NCBI GenBank assembly: GCA_964614335.1
Contig: CAZTLH010000001.1
Location: 1-25,437 of the forward strand
Direction: 5' to 3'
DNA: 25,437 nucleotides
Origin: an uncultured Gammaproteobacteria bacterium
GTDB taxonomy: Bacteria > Pseudomonadota > Gammaproteobacteria > Arenicellales > DRJH01
Shown here: positions 1 through 8,759 of the stretch, one piece after another
Layout: every line of letters starts with the position of its first letter
Position numbering within the stretch: the first letter of the stretch is position 1
Program-made: the position numbers and the translations under genes
Notes under the pieces: generated by a model
Database searches by the model: none
Seen by the model: only the letters and a program-made list of their open reading frames with translations
Told to the model about the DNA's origin: nothing

Positions 1-861
1 AACCAGCCCTGCGGCCAGCACCGATGCCACCACCAGTGCAGCCCAGATTTGTACGGTCTGGCCATAGTAGGAACCGGCCAGCAATCTGGAACCGAGTCCG
101 GCCTGGGCACCGGTAGGTAACTCTGCCACGATGGCGCCCACCAGACTGATCGCAACCGATACTTTTAGGCTGGTAAAAAGATACGGCAATGCCGATTGCC
201 AACGCAACTTGAAAAATATCTGACTCTTGCTGGCACTAAACGTGCGCATCAAATCCAGTTGCAACGGGTCCGGTGATCGCAAGCCCTTGACCATACTGAT
301 GGCGACCGGAAAAAAACACAAATACATCGATATAATGGATTTTGGAATCAATCCCTTTAAACCGATTGCACCCAGGACCACGATCACCATCGGCGCAATC
401 GCCAGGATCGGTATGGTCTGGGAGGCGATAATCCACGGCATCAGACTCTTGTCCAGGGATTTCACATGCACAATACCGACTGCCAATAATATTCCCAACA
501 GTGCACCAACCAGGAACCCGAGCAGGGTCGATGACAAGGTGACAGCGGCATGATAAATCAGGCTGCGTTTGGAGGTGATATTTTGCTGTAACACGGTCTT
601 ATTGAGCTCGACCAACACCTGATGTGGGGCCGGAATCACCGGTCGACGCTGTTGCATGGTCTGTTGCACCAGTTCCAGCGTCGTCCATTGCTTATGGGCA
701 CGTTTGAATTTATCGATCTGCCAGGGTGTATTCATGAAAACCACGGCGACATACCAGATAACAATCAGGCCGATCACCATCACAGTGACAGGCCCGGTTG
801 TGCCCGCCATCATGCGCTGCCATAACGACGGTAGCGCGTCAGATTGCATCGTATTGTTCAT
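1..861 (-). CDS. ABC transporter permease, NitT/TauT/SsuC family (probable pyrimidine uptake); partial, runs off the left edge
   Basis: Not in the ORF track because it has no stop in the window. Manual translation from ATG 861 is open to position 1 (MNNTMQSDALPSLWQRMMAG...SQTIPILAIAPMVIVVLG...LDLMRTFSASKSQIFFKLRWQSALPYLFTSLK...). Hydrophobic helices plus an EAA-like loop; starts 21 nt after the ATPase stop. Confidence 0.9.
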   Translation of the reverse strand, partial: MNNTMQSDALPSLWQRMMAGTTGPVTVMVIGLIVIWYVAVVFMNTPWQIDKFKRAHKQWTTLELVQQTMQQRRPVIPAPHQVLVELNKTVLQQNITSKRSLIYHAAVTLSSTLLGFLVGALLGILLAVGIVHVKSLDKSLMPWIIASQTIPILAIAPMVIVVLGAIGLKGLIPKSIISMYLCFFPVAISMVKGLRSPDPLQLDLMRTFSASKSQIFFKLRWQSALPYLFTSLKVSVAISLVGAIVAELPTGAQAGLGSRLLAGSYYGQTVQIWAALVVASVLAAGLV

Positions 862-882
862 GACAGGATTCGCTGGGTGGAA

Positions 883-1686
883 TCATTCATGACCGGAGCG
901 CAGCCCTTCACGTACCCGGTGGGCAATCTCGATAAATTCAGGCGTCTCCCGAATATCCAGGGTACGATCATTGGGAAAATCGGTATCGATGATATCAATC
1001 ACCCTACCGGGTCTTGGTGACATCACGACGATACGTTTTGAAAGAAAGACCGCTTCGGGGATTGAATGGGTCACAAAGACGATGGTTTTGTTGGTCTTGA
1101 CCCAGAGTTTCAGCAGTTGTTCGTTCAAATGATCACGAACAATCTCATCCAGCGCACCGAAAGGCTCATCCATCAATAACAACTCGGGTTTGACACATAA
1201 TGCCCGGGCAATCGATGCCCTTTGCTGCATCCCGCCGGACAACTGCCATGGGAATTTCTTCTCGAAACCTTGCAACTCAACCAGCTCCAGAAACTGATCG
1301 ACCCGACGACGTTTTTCCTCACGGTCGATACCGGCAATCTCCAGCGGCAGTGCTACATTGCGTTCGATGGTGCGCCAGGGATAAAGGGCGGCAGCCTGAA
1401 ATACATAACCATAGGCCCTGGAAAGTCGTGCTTCATGTGGGCTGACACCATTGATCTGGATGTTGCCATCGGTCGGCTGTTCGAGATCGGCGATTACCCG
1501 CAGCAGGGTCGTCTTGCCACAGCCCGATGGGCCAATAAAAGAGACAAAATCACCACGCTGAACTTCCAGTGAAACCTCATGCAAGGCATTGACCGGGCCA
1601 TCGGCCGTCTTAAAGACCAGTGAAAGATCATGAATATCGATGACCGGTGAGGACTGGGCGCTAGCCGTTTGTGCATTCGTCTGCAA
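883..1686 (-). CDS. ABC transporter ATP-binding protein, SsuB/TauB family
   Basis: Walker A GPSGCGKT, signature LSGGMQQR, Walker B LLLMDEPF, H-loop FVTH. TTG start with AAGGA Shine-Dalgarno. Confidence 0.95.
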   Translation of the reverse strand: MQTNAQTASAQSSPVIDIHDLSLVFKTADGPVNALHEVSLEVQRGDFVSFIGPSGCGKTTLLRVIADLEQPTDGNIQINGVSPHEARLSRAYGYVFQAAALYPWRTIERNVALPLEIAGIDREEKRRRVDQFLELVELQGFEKKFPWQLSGGMQQRASIARALCVKPELLLMDEPFGALDEIVRDHLNEQLLKLWVKTNKTIVFVTHSIPEAVFLSKRIVVMSPRPGRVIDIIDTDFPNDRTLDIRETPEFIEIAHRVREGLRSGHE

Positions 1687-1725
1687 GCGTTAATTTCCTT
1701 TTTCTTGATGAAAGACCAGTGGCAA

Positions 1726-1743
1726 CCCGGCCGCAAGGCCGGG
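1726..1743. other. Intra-operonic GC-rich hairpin between nitrilase and ABC ATPase genes
   Basis: CCCGGCC-GCAA-GGCCGGG, perfect 7-bp stem; only TTGC follows on the transcribed - strand, so not a clear intrinsic terminator. Confidence 0.5.
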
Positions 1744-1767
1744 CGTCACCACATTAGTAATCGAGGA

Positions 1768-2631
1768 TCAGAGTTCGGTCAAAATGCCATAATTTTCCGG
1801 CCGTCGATCGCGGAAGAACTGCCAGGTGTTACGTACTTCACGAACCATATCCATGTCCATATCATGCACGATCAACTCGTCCTGGTCACGGGAAGCGATT
1901 TTCTCGATCTGACCACGTGGATTGACAAAATAACTCTGGCCATAAAACTCACCGATATTCCACGGCGCTTCGGTACCGACCCGGTTGATGGCACCGATAT
2001 AACAACCATTGGCAACAGCCGCAGCAGGTTGCTCCAGTTTCCACAAATATTCGGATAATCCGGCGACCGTCGCAGATGGATTGATGATGTATTCTGCGCC
2101 ACTGAGGGCCAGTGCACGCCAACCTTCCGGGAAATGACGGTCATAACAGATATAAACCCCGAGCTTGCAATAGGCAGTATCAAAAACCGGCCAGCTGGTA
2201 TTTCCGGGTTTGAAGAAAAACTTCTCCCAGAAACCGGCCACATGTGGGATATGGGTCTTGCGATATTTGCCCAGATAGGAACCGTCAGCATCGATTACGG
2301 CGGCAGTATTGTAATAAATTCCGGTGATGTGCTCTTCATAGATCGGCACCACAATCACCATACTGTATTTTTTCGCGTACTCCTGCATCAGCTTCACGGT
2401 CGGACCGTCCGGGATACTTTCGGCAGCAGCATACCATTTGGCATCCTGACTGGGGCAAAAATAAGGCTGGGTGAATACTTCCTGAAAACTCAACACCTGC
2501 ACACCCTGTTTGCCTGCTTCCTCGATATACGGGATGTGGGCTTCGATCATTTTATCGCGAATCTGTTTGGGGCTCATCGAAGCATCTCCCTTCAGACTCA
2601 TCTGGATCAAACCACCTTTCAGTTTTGCCAT
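1768..2631 (-). CDS. Nitrilase-superfamily amidohydrolase, probable beta-ureidopropionase
   Basis: Catalytic triad motifs FQEVF (Glu), YRKTHIP (Lys), ICYDRHFPE (Cys). Substrate inferred from context (RutR, MmsA, ABC transporter). AAGGAG SD. Confidence 0.85.
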   Translation of the reverse strand: MAKLKGGLIQMSLKGDASMSPKQIRDKMIEAHIPYIEEAGKQGVQVLSFQEVFTQPYFCPSQDAKWYAAAESIPDGPTVKLMQEYAKKYSMVIVVPIYEEHITGIYYNTAAVIDADGSYLGKYRKTHIPHVAGFWEKFFFKPGNTSWPVFDTAYCKLGVYICYDRHFPEGWRALALSGAEYIINPSATVAGLSEYLWKLEQPAAAVANGCYIGAINRVGTEAPWNIGEFYGQSYFVNPRGQIEKIASRDQDELIVHDMDMDMVREVRNTWQFFRDRRPENYGILTEL

Positions 2632-2674
2632 CTTCTACTCTCCTTAATATTTACAGAACGAAATTTTGCTTGCA

Positions 2675-2704
2675 AGCACCTGCAGCCCCCCAACCGCAGG
2701 TGCT
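2675..2704. other. Intergenic hairpin between mmsA and the nitrilase gene
   Basis: AGCACCTGC-12 nt-GCAGGTGCT, perfect 9-bp stem, no U-tract on the transcribed strand. Confidence 0.5.
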
Positions 2705-2737
2705 ATCAGTCATTTACCGCCGTATTACTCCACCAAA

Positions 2738-4237
2738 TCACTCCAGGGTAGGGAAATTAAATTGCGCGCCGGTACGGATTCCTGCCGGCCAACGAGTGGT
2801 GACCGTTTTCAGACGGGTATAAAAATGCACCCCTTCCGGCCCATAAATCGAGTGGTCACCAAACAGTGAACGCTTCCAGCCACCGAAGCTGTGGTACGCC
2901 ACCGGTACCGGTATCGGGACATTGATACCGACCATACCGGCTTCTACGGCATTGGCAAAGGTGCGGGCACTATCCCCGTCACGGGTAAATATCGCTGTAC
3001 CATTGCCATATTCATGAACATTGACCATCTCCAGCGCCGTGGCAAAACTGTCTGCGCGCACCACAACCATCACCGGACCGAATATCTCGTCCTTATAGAT
3101 CGACATGTCTGTGCTGGCATGGTCAAACAGGGAGCCGGCGATGAAATAGCCGTTGTTCCAGGCCGCCTGTCGCTGTTTGCGGCCATCGACCACCAGGGTG
3201 GCGCCTTCTGCAACACCCTGATCCAGATAACCACTGACCCGATCCAGACTGGCCTGTGTAATCAATGGGCCCATTTCGGAGCTGGCATCGGTAGCTGGCC
3301 CGACCTGCAGGGCCTCAATTCTCGGTTTCATGATTTCAATCAAACGATCTGCGGTCTCTTCACCGACCGGTACTGCCACAGAAATCGCCATACAACGCTC
3401 ACCCGCCGAACCATAGACTGCACCCATCAGGGCATCGGCAACCTGTTCCATATCGGCGTCAGGCATGATGACCATATGATTCTTGGCCCCACCCAGGGCC
3501 TGAACCCGTTTGCCATTGGCCGTACCGGTGCGATAGACGTATTCTGCAATCGGGGTCGAACCAACAAAACTGACCGCCTTGACATCAGGATGGGTCAACA
3601 GTGTATCGACCGCTTCCTTGTCACCCGTCACCACATTGATGACACCGGCAGGGAATCCCGCCTCGGCAACCAGCTCCTGAACAAACAGACCCGAGGAAGG
3701 ATCACGTTCGGATGGTTTTAAAACAAAGGTATTTCCACAAGCGACCGCCACCGGATACATCCACATCGGCACCATGACCGGAAAGTTGAACGGGGTTATG
3801 CCTGCAACCACACCCAGGGGCTGACGATCGGAATAGGTATCGACACCGGTACCGACATTGCGACTGAATTCTCCTTTGAGCAAATGCGGTATACCACAAC
3901 AGAAATCGACTACCTCAATACCACGTGACAGCTCACCCATGGCATCATCGACAGTTTTGCCATGCTCTTCACTCAATAGGTGGGCGATTTTATCTGCATT
4001 CTGTTCCAGAAGTACCTTGAATTTGAACAGACAACGGATCCGTTTCATCGGCGGTGTCGCCGCCCAGCCCGGTAAAGCGGCCTTGGCAGCAGCTACTGCA
4101 GCGGAAACCTCTGCAGCTGTGCACAGATCTACCTGCCCGGTTTGTTCACCCGTTGCAGGGTTGAATACAGCATGGAATCGACCACTCGTCGAGGGTTGGC
4201 TGACGCCATTGACAATGCTGTGAATCTTTTTTGGCAT
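2738..4237 (-). CDS. mmsA: CoA-acylating (methyl)malonate-semialdehyde dehydrogenase
   Basis: ALDH motifs GITPFNFP, LKPSERDP, FVGSTPIA, ALGGAKNH, GSAGERCMAIS (catalytic Cys), EIFGP. ATG 4237 has AGGTGA SD; GTG 4246 is the alternative start. Confidence 0.95.
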   Translation of the reverse strand: MPKKIHSIVNGVSQPSTSGRFHAVFNPATGEQTGQVDLCTAAEVSAAVAAAKAALPGWAATPPMKRIRCLFKFKVLLEQNADKIAHLLSEEHGKTVDDAMGELSRGIEVVDFCCGIPHLLKGEFSRNVGTGVDTYSDRQPLGVVAGITPFNFPVMVPMWMYPVAVACGNTFVLKPSERDPSSGLFVQELVAEAGFPAGVINVVTGDKEAVDTLLTHPDVKAVSFVGSTPIAEYVYRTGTANGKRVQALGGAKNHMVIMPDADMEQVADALMGAVYGSAGERCMAISVAVPVGEETADRLIEIMKPRIEALQVGPATDASSEMGPLITQASLDRVSGYLDQGVAEGATLVVDGRKQRQAAWNNGYFIAGSLFDHASTDMSIYKDEIFGPVMVVVRADSFATALEMVNVHEYGNGTAIFTRDGDSARTFANAVEAGMVGINVPIPVPVAYHSFGGWKRSLFGDHSIYGPEGVHFYTRLKTVTTRWPAGIRTGAQFNFPTLE

Positions 4238-4271
4238 AATGCTCACCTGTGGAATATATCGTGAATAGGAG

Positions 4272-4287
4272 CAGATCTCATGGTCTG
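4272..4287. promoter_or_regulatory. Possible second, degenerate RutR operator
   Basis: CAGATCTCATGGTCTG, 12/16 identical to the site at 4354 and partly palindromic; in the mmsA leader. Confidence 0.4.
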
Positions 4288-4353
4288 CCAGATCCTGAAA
4301 TCAACACTAAAATCAGTCGCCGGTTACGCTCTCTCCAGTGTTCTGCTACAATC

Positions 4354-4369
4354 TTGACCTAATGGTCAG
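4354..4369. promoter_or_regulatory. RutR operator
   Basis: TTGACCTAATGGTCAG versus the E. coli RutR consensus TTGACCAnnTGGTCAA; lies between divergent rutR and mmsA. Confidence 0.75.
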
Positions 4370-4425
4370 CATAATACAACAAGCGGAAGTATTGCAACCG
4401 TTATACCTGCGGTTATTGATAATAT

Positions 4426-5058
4426 ATGAGTGAAGCCGTGATAAAAAGAAGCAAGGCGGCCATTCGGGAAGAAAATCTCGAAACCATACTGCGCGCTGCG
4501 GAAAGCGTATTCGCTGAACGTGGTTACAAAGGCGCGACAACTACGGAAATTGCCCGCCGCGCAGCAATACCCAAAGCCAACCTGCATTACTATTTCGACA
4601 CCAAGGAACTGCTGTATCAACAGGTATTGGGCAATGTCGCCGAAGCCTGGTTGACGGCGGCCAACACCTTCGACACCATAGATCAACCTGTTGAAGCGTT
4701 AACACGTTATATCCATGCCAAGATGGACCTGTCCCGGTCCCGCCCGAATGGATCCAGGGTCTGGGCCAATGAAATCATGCGTGGTGCGCCGTTGATCCAG
4801 CACTATCTCGAAACCACCCTGCAGGAATGGACGGTCAGTCGGGTGCGGTGTATACAGACCTGGATCGAAAAAGGCTCGATACGCCCGATTGAACCGCACT
4901 ATCTACTATACATGATCTGGGCCACGACCCAGCACTATGCCGACTTCGCCCAGCAAATCACCACATTAAACGGTAATCAACCACTTGATGATGAACAATT
5001 CAGTAGAGCCAAACAGCAGGTCACCGAGATCATCCTGCGTGGTATTGGAGCCGTGTAA
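4426..5058 (+). CDS. rutR: TetR-family regulator, RutR-like (pyrimidine utilisation)
   Basis: TetR HTH (AAESVFAERGYKGATTTEIARRAAIPKANLHYYF); RutR-type C-terminal motifs (SRVWANEIMRGAP, IWATTQHYADF); divergent from pyrimidine genes with a cognate operator. Confidence 0.88.
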   Translation: MSEAVIKRSKAAIREENLETILRAAESVFAERGYKGATTTEIARRAAIPKANLHYYFDTKELLYQQVLGNVAEAWLTAANTFDTIDQPVEALTRYIHAKMDLSRSRPNGSRVWANEIMRGAPLIQHYLETTLQEWTVSRVRCIQTWIEKGSIRPIEPHYLLYMIWATTQHYADFAQQITTLNGNQPLDDEQFSRAKQQVTEIILRGIGAV

Positions 5059-5121
5059 CACTGAATCTCAGCATAAATGCAATTTCAATCTGTGCTGAAG
5101 GCATGATTTAGCCTGGAGCCC

Positions 5122-5598
5122 TTAGATGACATCTATAACAGTTCCTGCGGTCAGAAGTTGTAATTGTTCGGGTGTCAGTGAGAAGACAGCATGTGGCGTC
5201 CCGGCGGCTGCCCATAATGGATTCAGTGCTAAAAGCTCTCGGTCGATGTAGATCTGCAACTTTGTACTGTGACCACAGGGTGGCACGCCACCGATGGCAT
5301 AACCGGTCGAATTCCGCACAAAATCGGCTGTTGCTTTTTCAATCGGCTCAGCAAGATGTGCTGCAATCTTTTCTTCGTCGATACGGTTTATACCACTGGC
5401 CACGACCAGCACCGCTCGACCCGTATCGTGGACCCTGAAGACAATACTCTTGGCAATCTGGGCTACAGAACAGCCAATCGACGTCGCTGCCAGCTTTGCT
5501 GTTCTTGCTGAATCGGGCAATTCAACAATCTGACTGGAGACACCAGCCGCAACCAGCGCCGCCTCGACAGCCGGTTTTCTGTGCGGATATTTTTTCAT
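5122..5598 (-). CDS. YbaK/EbsC-family aminoacyl-tRNA deacylase-like protein
   Basis: QIAKSIVF, TGYAIGGVPPCGH, LWAAAGTPHAVF motifs. Start at MKKY (5598) preferred over the track start 5634. Confidence 0.88.
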   Translation of the reverse strand: MKKYPHRKPAVEAALVAAGVSSQIVELPDSARTAKLAATSIGCSVAQIAKSIVFRVHDTGRAVLVVASGINRIDEEKIAAHLAEPIEKATADFVRNSTGYAIGGVPPCGHSTKLQIYIDRELLALNPLWAAAGTPHAVFSLTPEQLQLLTAGTVIDVI

Positions 5599-5734
5599 GC
5601 CATTCTTGCGCCAGGAGCCTGTCCGAGATAACACATATTGATTACTTTAATGCTCATATGAGTGCTATAAAGTACACCTGACCTCCAATTTTTTCAAGCA
5701 GTGTTCACGGTTATGATTGCTGACTCATGAGGTC

Positions 5735-5763
5735 TTGTGACAAGGTCGGCATCTCCATATAAT
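5735..5763 (+). promoter_or_regulatory. Putative sigma70 promoter for the peroxiredoxin-like gene
   Basis: TTGTGA-17 nt-TATAAT, 46 nt upstream of ATG 5810. Confidence 0.5.
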
Positions 5764-5809
5764 CGACTGGTCACGATTTTCATCCACCCCACACCAAGAG
5801 TACACCAAC

Positions 5810-6364
5810 ATGCCAACCATCCAATCCCTTTTCCCGCGCCAGCCGGTTCCAAAACTCAGCGTCCCAACTGTAGATGGTGAACAATGGGATCTTCAGGAAC
5901 ATTTGGGTGAGAACTTCACCCTGGTGGTGTTTTACCGCGGCCTGCATTGCCCGATCTGCAGCCGTTATTTGGGTGATCTGAATAAAAAACTCGAAAAATT
6001 CCATACACTGGGTACAGAAGTGATCGCGATCAGTGGTGATGATCGCGAACGTGCCGAACAAACCCGTGCAGATTGGCAACTGGATCGGCTGACTGTAGGT
6101 TATGATTTTAGTTTGGAAGAAGCCCGTAAGTGGGGCTTGTACATCTCCAGCAGCCGCGGTAAAACTTCTACCGGACACGAAGAACCGGCTCTATTCTCCG
6201 AGCCGGGAATGTTTCTGGTACGTAATGATGGAACTTTATATTTCGGCTCTGTACAGACCATGCCCTTCGCCCGCCCTTCATTTGCCGAAGTTCTGGGGGC
6301 ACTGGATTTCGTGCTTAAAAATGATTACCCGGCTCGTGGCGAAGTGCTCGATCACAACATCTGA
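5810..6364 (+). CDS. Peroxiredoxin-like protein (AhpC/TSA, redoxin family)
   Basis: Thioredoxin-fold pattern LVVFYRGLHCPICSRYL (CxxC), VIAISGD, FSEPGMFLV. Confidence 0.85.
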   Translation: MPTIQSLFPRQPVPKLSVPTVDGEQWDLQEHLGENFTLVVFYRGLHCPICSRYLGDLNKKLEKFHTLGTEVIAISGDDRERAEQTRADWQLDRLTVGYDFSLEEARKWGLYISSSRGKTSTGHEEPALFSEPGMFLVRNDGTLYFGSVQTMPFARPSFAEVLGALDFVLKNDYPARGEVLDHNI

Positions 6365-6671
6365 ACGGAAATTACATGTTACCCGGACGCTTCCCCTGGC
6401 ATTCTTTTAACCACTAAAGGGTTTTGGAACAGAAGTTTTCTATAGAGTACCGGGTGCTGATTTATAGCAAACCCATACAAAATTAACTCTGGGCGAAGGT
6501 GGAATTCTGGTCGAAAAGAGGCGATTATTTCAATAGGATAGAGCATAGTTACCATGTTACCACAAAATCAAAAGTGTGAAACTTGAGCCCTTCTTTATTG
6601 CTCAGTACTATAAACGATCCAGCTACTGGAGTCGAAAACTGCAGTTTGGATTGTCTTGAGGATCTTTCCAT

Positions 6672-7247
6672 ATGAAAGTGTTTCACCAGTGCCTTGGTGC
6701 GGTGTTGTTATTGTTCGCAACACTCGCCACAAGTGCTGCAGAATTAAGGAACCTGCAGTGGAAGCAATATCAACTCTCCTTTCCTGCAAGTTGGTCTGTA
6801 GTCAGAAATGAGCTCAAAAATAAAGTTCGTTTTATCGAAATACTCCCTTCTTCACGTTGGCCAGTTCACCTGCTGCTGACCCTGTTTGGTAATGCTCCCG
6901 AGCCGGATCAAACGTATCGCAACAAACCTGCCATGGCGGGTTTATCGATATGCCTGCCGATGGCATTGCAACTGGCCGGTCAGGCCAAAGGCAAGGCAAT
7001 ATCCATCAGTCTGGGCAGTATTGAGCTCAATGCCGGACCACAACCATCATCAAGATTGCGGGTGTTACTCCCGGATGGTAAACATGCTGTTCATCTCGAG
7101 TGTTTCCTGTACGCACAGCAAGGTGCTGCCTACAGCGGTATTGTCCGAACCGATACGACACTGGGTGATCTCATTGATGACCAGGCTTATCAAGATCTGG
7201 CACCAGAAATTTATTCCACCATACACAGCCTGCGTATACGGCCATAG
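6672..7247 (+). CDS. Exported hypothetical protein, possibly PsbP/DcrB-like fold
   Basis: Sec-type signal peptide ending ATSA-A; GAGGA SD; YQLSFPASW near the N-terminus and IHSLRI at the C-terminus. Confidence 0.7.
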   Translation: MKVFHQCLGAVLLLFATLATSAAELRNLQWKQYQLSFPASWSVVRNELKNKVRFIEILPSSRWPVHLLLTLFGNAPEPDQTYRNKPAMAGLSICLPMALQLAGQAKGKAISISLGSIELNAGPQPSSRLRVLLPDGKHAVHLECFLYAQQGAAYSGIVRTDTTLGDLIDDQAYQDLAPEIYSTIHSLRIRP

Positions 7248-7302
7248 CCTTCATGTTCCTGTCCCCGCTCTTTTTCAAAACTAATGGGCAATCCGATACG
7301 TC

Positions 7303-7965
7303 ATGTCTGAAAAGCCAAAAGACCATCCTGTGATCGTCGTCAATAACCTCGACGTTGAACTCGATGGTGTCCGGCTGTTGGATGATTTCTGCCTGCATCT
7401 GGATCAAGATGAGAAAGTGTCGATATCCGGGCCATCGGGTTGCGGGAAATCGACCCTGTTGCATTGTCTGCTCGGATTCATCTTGCCACAACGCGGTTCG
7501 GTCAAAATCCTTGGCCGGGAATTGACCGACCGTTCTGTATGGCAACTTCGTCCGCTGATCGCCTACGTACCACAAGAACCCATGCTCGGCCAGGGCTCGG
7601 TAGAGCAAATATTACAACGACCATTTTCTTTTAAAATCAATCGATCACAGCAATATAACCTGCAACGCATTCCTGGATTACTGGAACACCTTTTATTACC
7701 ACAAACCCTTTTGCAGCGGACTATGGAACAACTTTCCGGTGGTGAAAAACAACGTGTCGCATTGATACTGGCCTTATTGCTGGAACGAAAAATCCTGCTG
7801 CTTGACGAAGCGTCTTCGGCTCTGGATCAGGATGCCAAAATGGCCGTCATCGATCTGCTTCGAGACTCCGGGAATCTGAGTGTGCTTTCTGTTTCCCACG
7901 ATCAGGAGTGGCATGGATTTTCCAGTCGAAAAATTACTATGACAACAACGCGACCGGGCCGGTGA
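7303..7965 (+). CDS. ABC ATP-binding protein, FetA/YbbL-like
   Basis: GPSGCGKST, LSGGEKQR, ILLLDEASSALD, SVSHD; coupled to a UPF0014 membrane gene. Confidence 0.9.
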   Translation: MSEKPKDHPVIVVNNLDVELDGVRLLDDFCLHLDQDEKVSISGPSGCGKSTLLHCLLGFILPQRGSVKILGRELTDRSVWQLRPLIAYVPQEPMLGQGSVEQILQRPFSFKINRSQQYNLQRIPGLLEHLLLPQTLLQRTMEQLSGGEKQRVALILALLLERKILLLDEASSALDQDAKMAVIDLLRDSGNLSVLSVSHDQEWHGFSSRKITMTTTRPGR

Positions 7966-8759
7966 TGAATATCGTCGATATCAATCTTTGGGGTCTTGCT
8001 GCCGCCTATCTGTTACTTGTCTTTCCCCTTGGGATTATTCTCTGGTTGCGCATTCCGTTACTGGGGCAAACCTTCACAGCACTGGCCCGAATGACCCTGC
8101 AGCTGTTGTTTGTCGGGTTTTATTTACAGCTGATTTTCGATCGCAACAGTCCCTGGCTGACCGGCATCTGGATACTGGGCATGGTTATCGTGGCTGATGT
8201 ATCAATCGCCCGAGGCTGCAAACTGCATTTGCGGCGAATGGCAGCAGGCCTGTTCTTCGCCATGCTGGTTGGTGCGCTGATCCCGTTATTGTTTCTGCTG
8301 TTTGTGGTATTGCAAGACACATCCGTACTTGCAGCGCAATACATTATTCCGATTGCCGGAATGATCCTGGGAAATTGCCTACGGGCGAATATCATCGGTT
8401 TGAGCCATTTCTATCAGGCGCTCCACGACAACGAGAGATTGTATCAACTCACGCTGGCACAGGGTGCAACTCTCAAAGAAGCCCTGGCACCATTTGCCCG
8501 TGACGCCTGTCAGGCCGCTCTGGCACCGACTGTTGCGACGATCTCCACCGTCGGTCTGGTATCACTGCCAGGCATGATGACCGGCGTTATTCTCGGTGGT
8601 GGCAACCCGATGACTGCGATCAAATATCAACTGGTCATCATGATTGCCATATTCTCCGGCACCGCATTAACCGTGTTAATGGCCATTCTTCTGACCACCA
8701 GAAACAATTTTACCGTTCAGGGAACCCTGAAAAAAGGTCTTTTCCACGCCGATCGTTGA
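7965..8759 (+). CDS. ABC membrane subunit, FetB/YbbM (UPF0014) family
   Basis: RMTLQLLFVGFYL, YIIPIAGMILGN, GLVSLPGMMTGVILGG.NPMTAIKYQLVIM. ATG 7965 overlaps the upstream stop (TGATG), preferred over track start 7908. Confidence 0.9.
   Translation: MNIVDINLWGLAAAYLLLVFPLGIILWLRIPLLGQTFTALARMTLQLLFVGFYLQLIFDRNSPWLTGIWILGMVIVADVSIARGCKLHLRRMAAGLFFAMLVGALIPLLFLLFVVLQDTSVLAAQYIIPIAGMILGNCLRANIIGLSHFYQALHDNERLYQLTLAQGATLKEALAPFARDACQAALAPTVATISTVGLVSLPGMMTGVILGGGNPMTAIKYQLVIMIAIFSGTALTVLMAILLTTRNNFTVQGTLKKGLFHADR

Noticed and set aside
2134-3721. Long + strand ORFs 2134..2751 and 2891..3721
   Set aside because: Antisense shadows of the nitrilase and mmsA genes with no recognisable motifs.
6379-6546. 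55-aa - strand ORF in the AT-rich gap
   Set aside because: No clear Shine-Dalgarno and no motifs.
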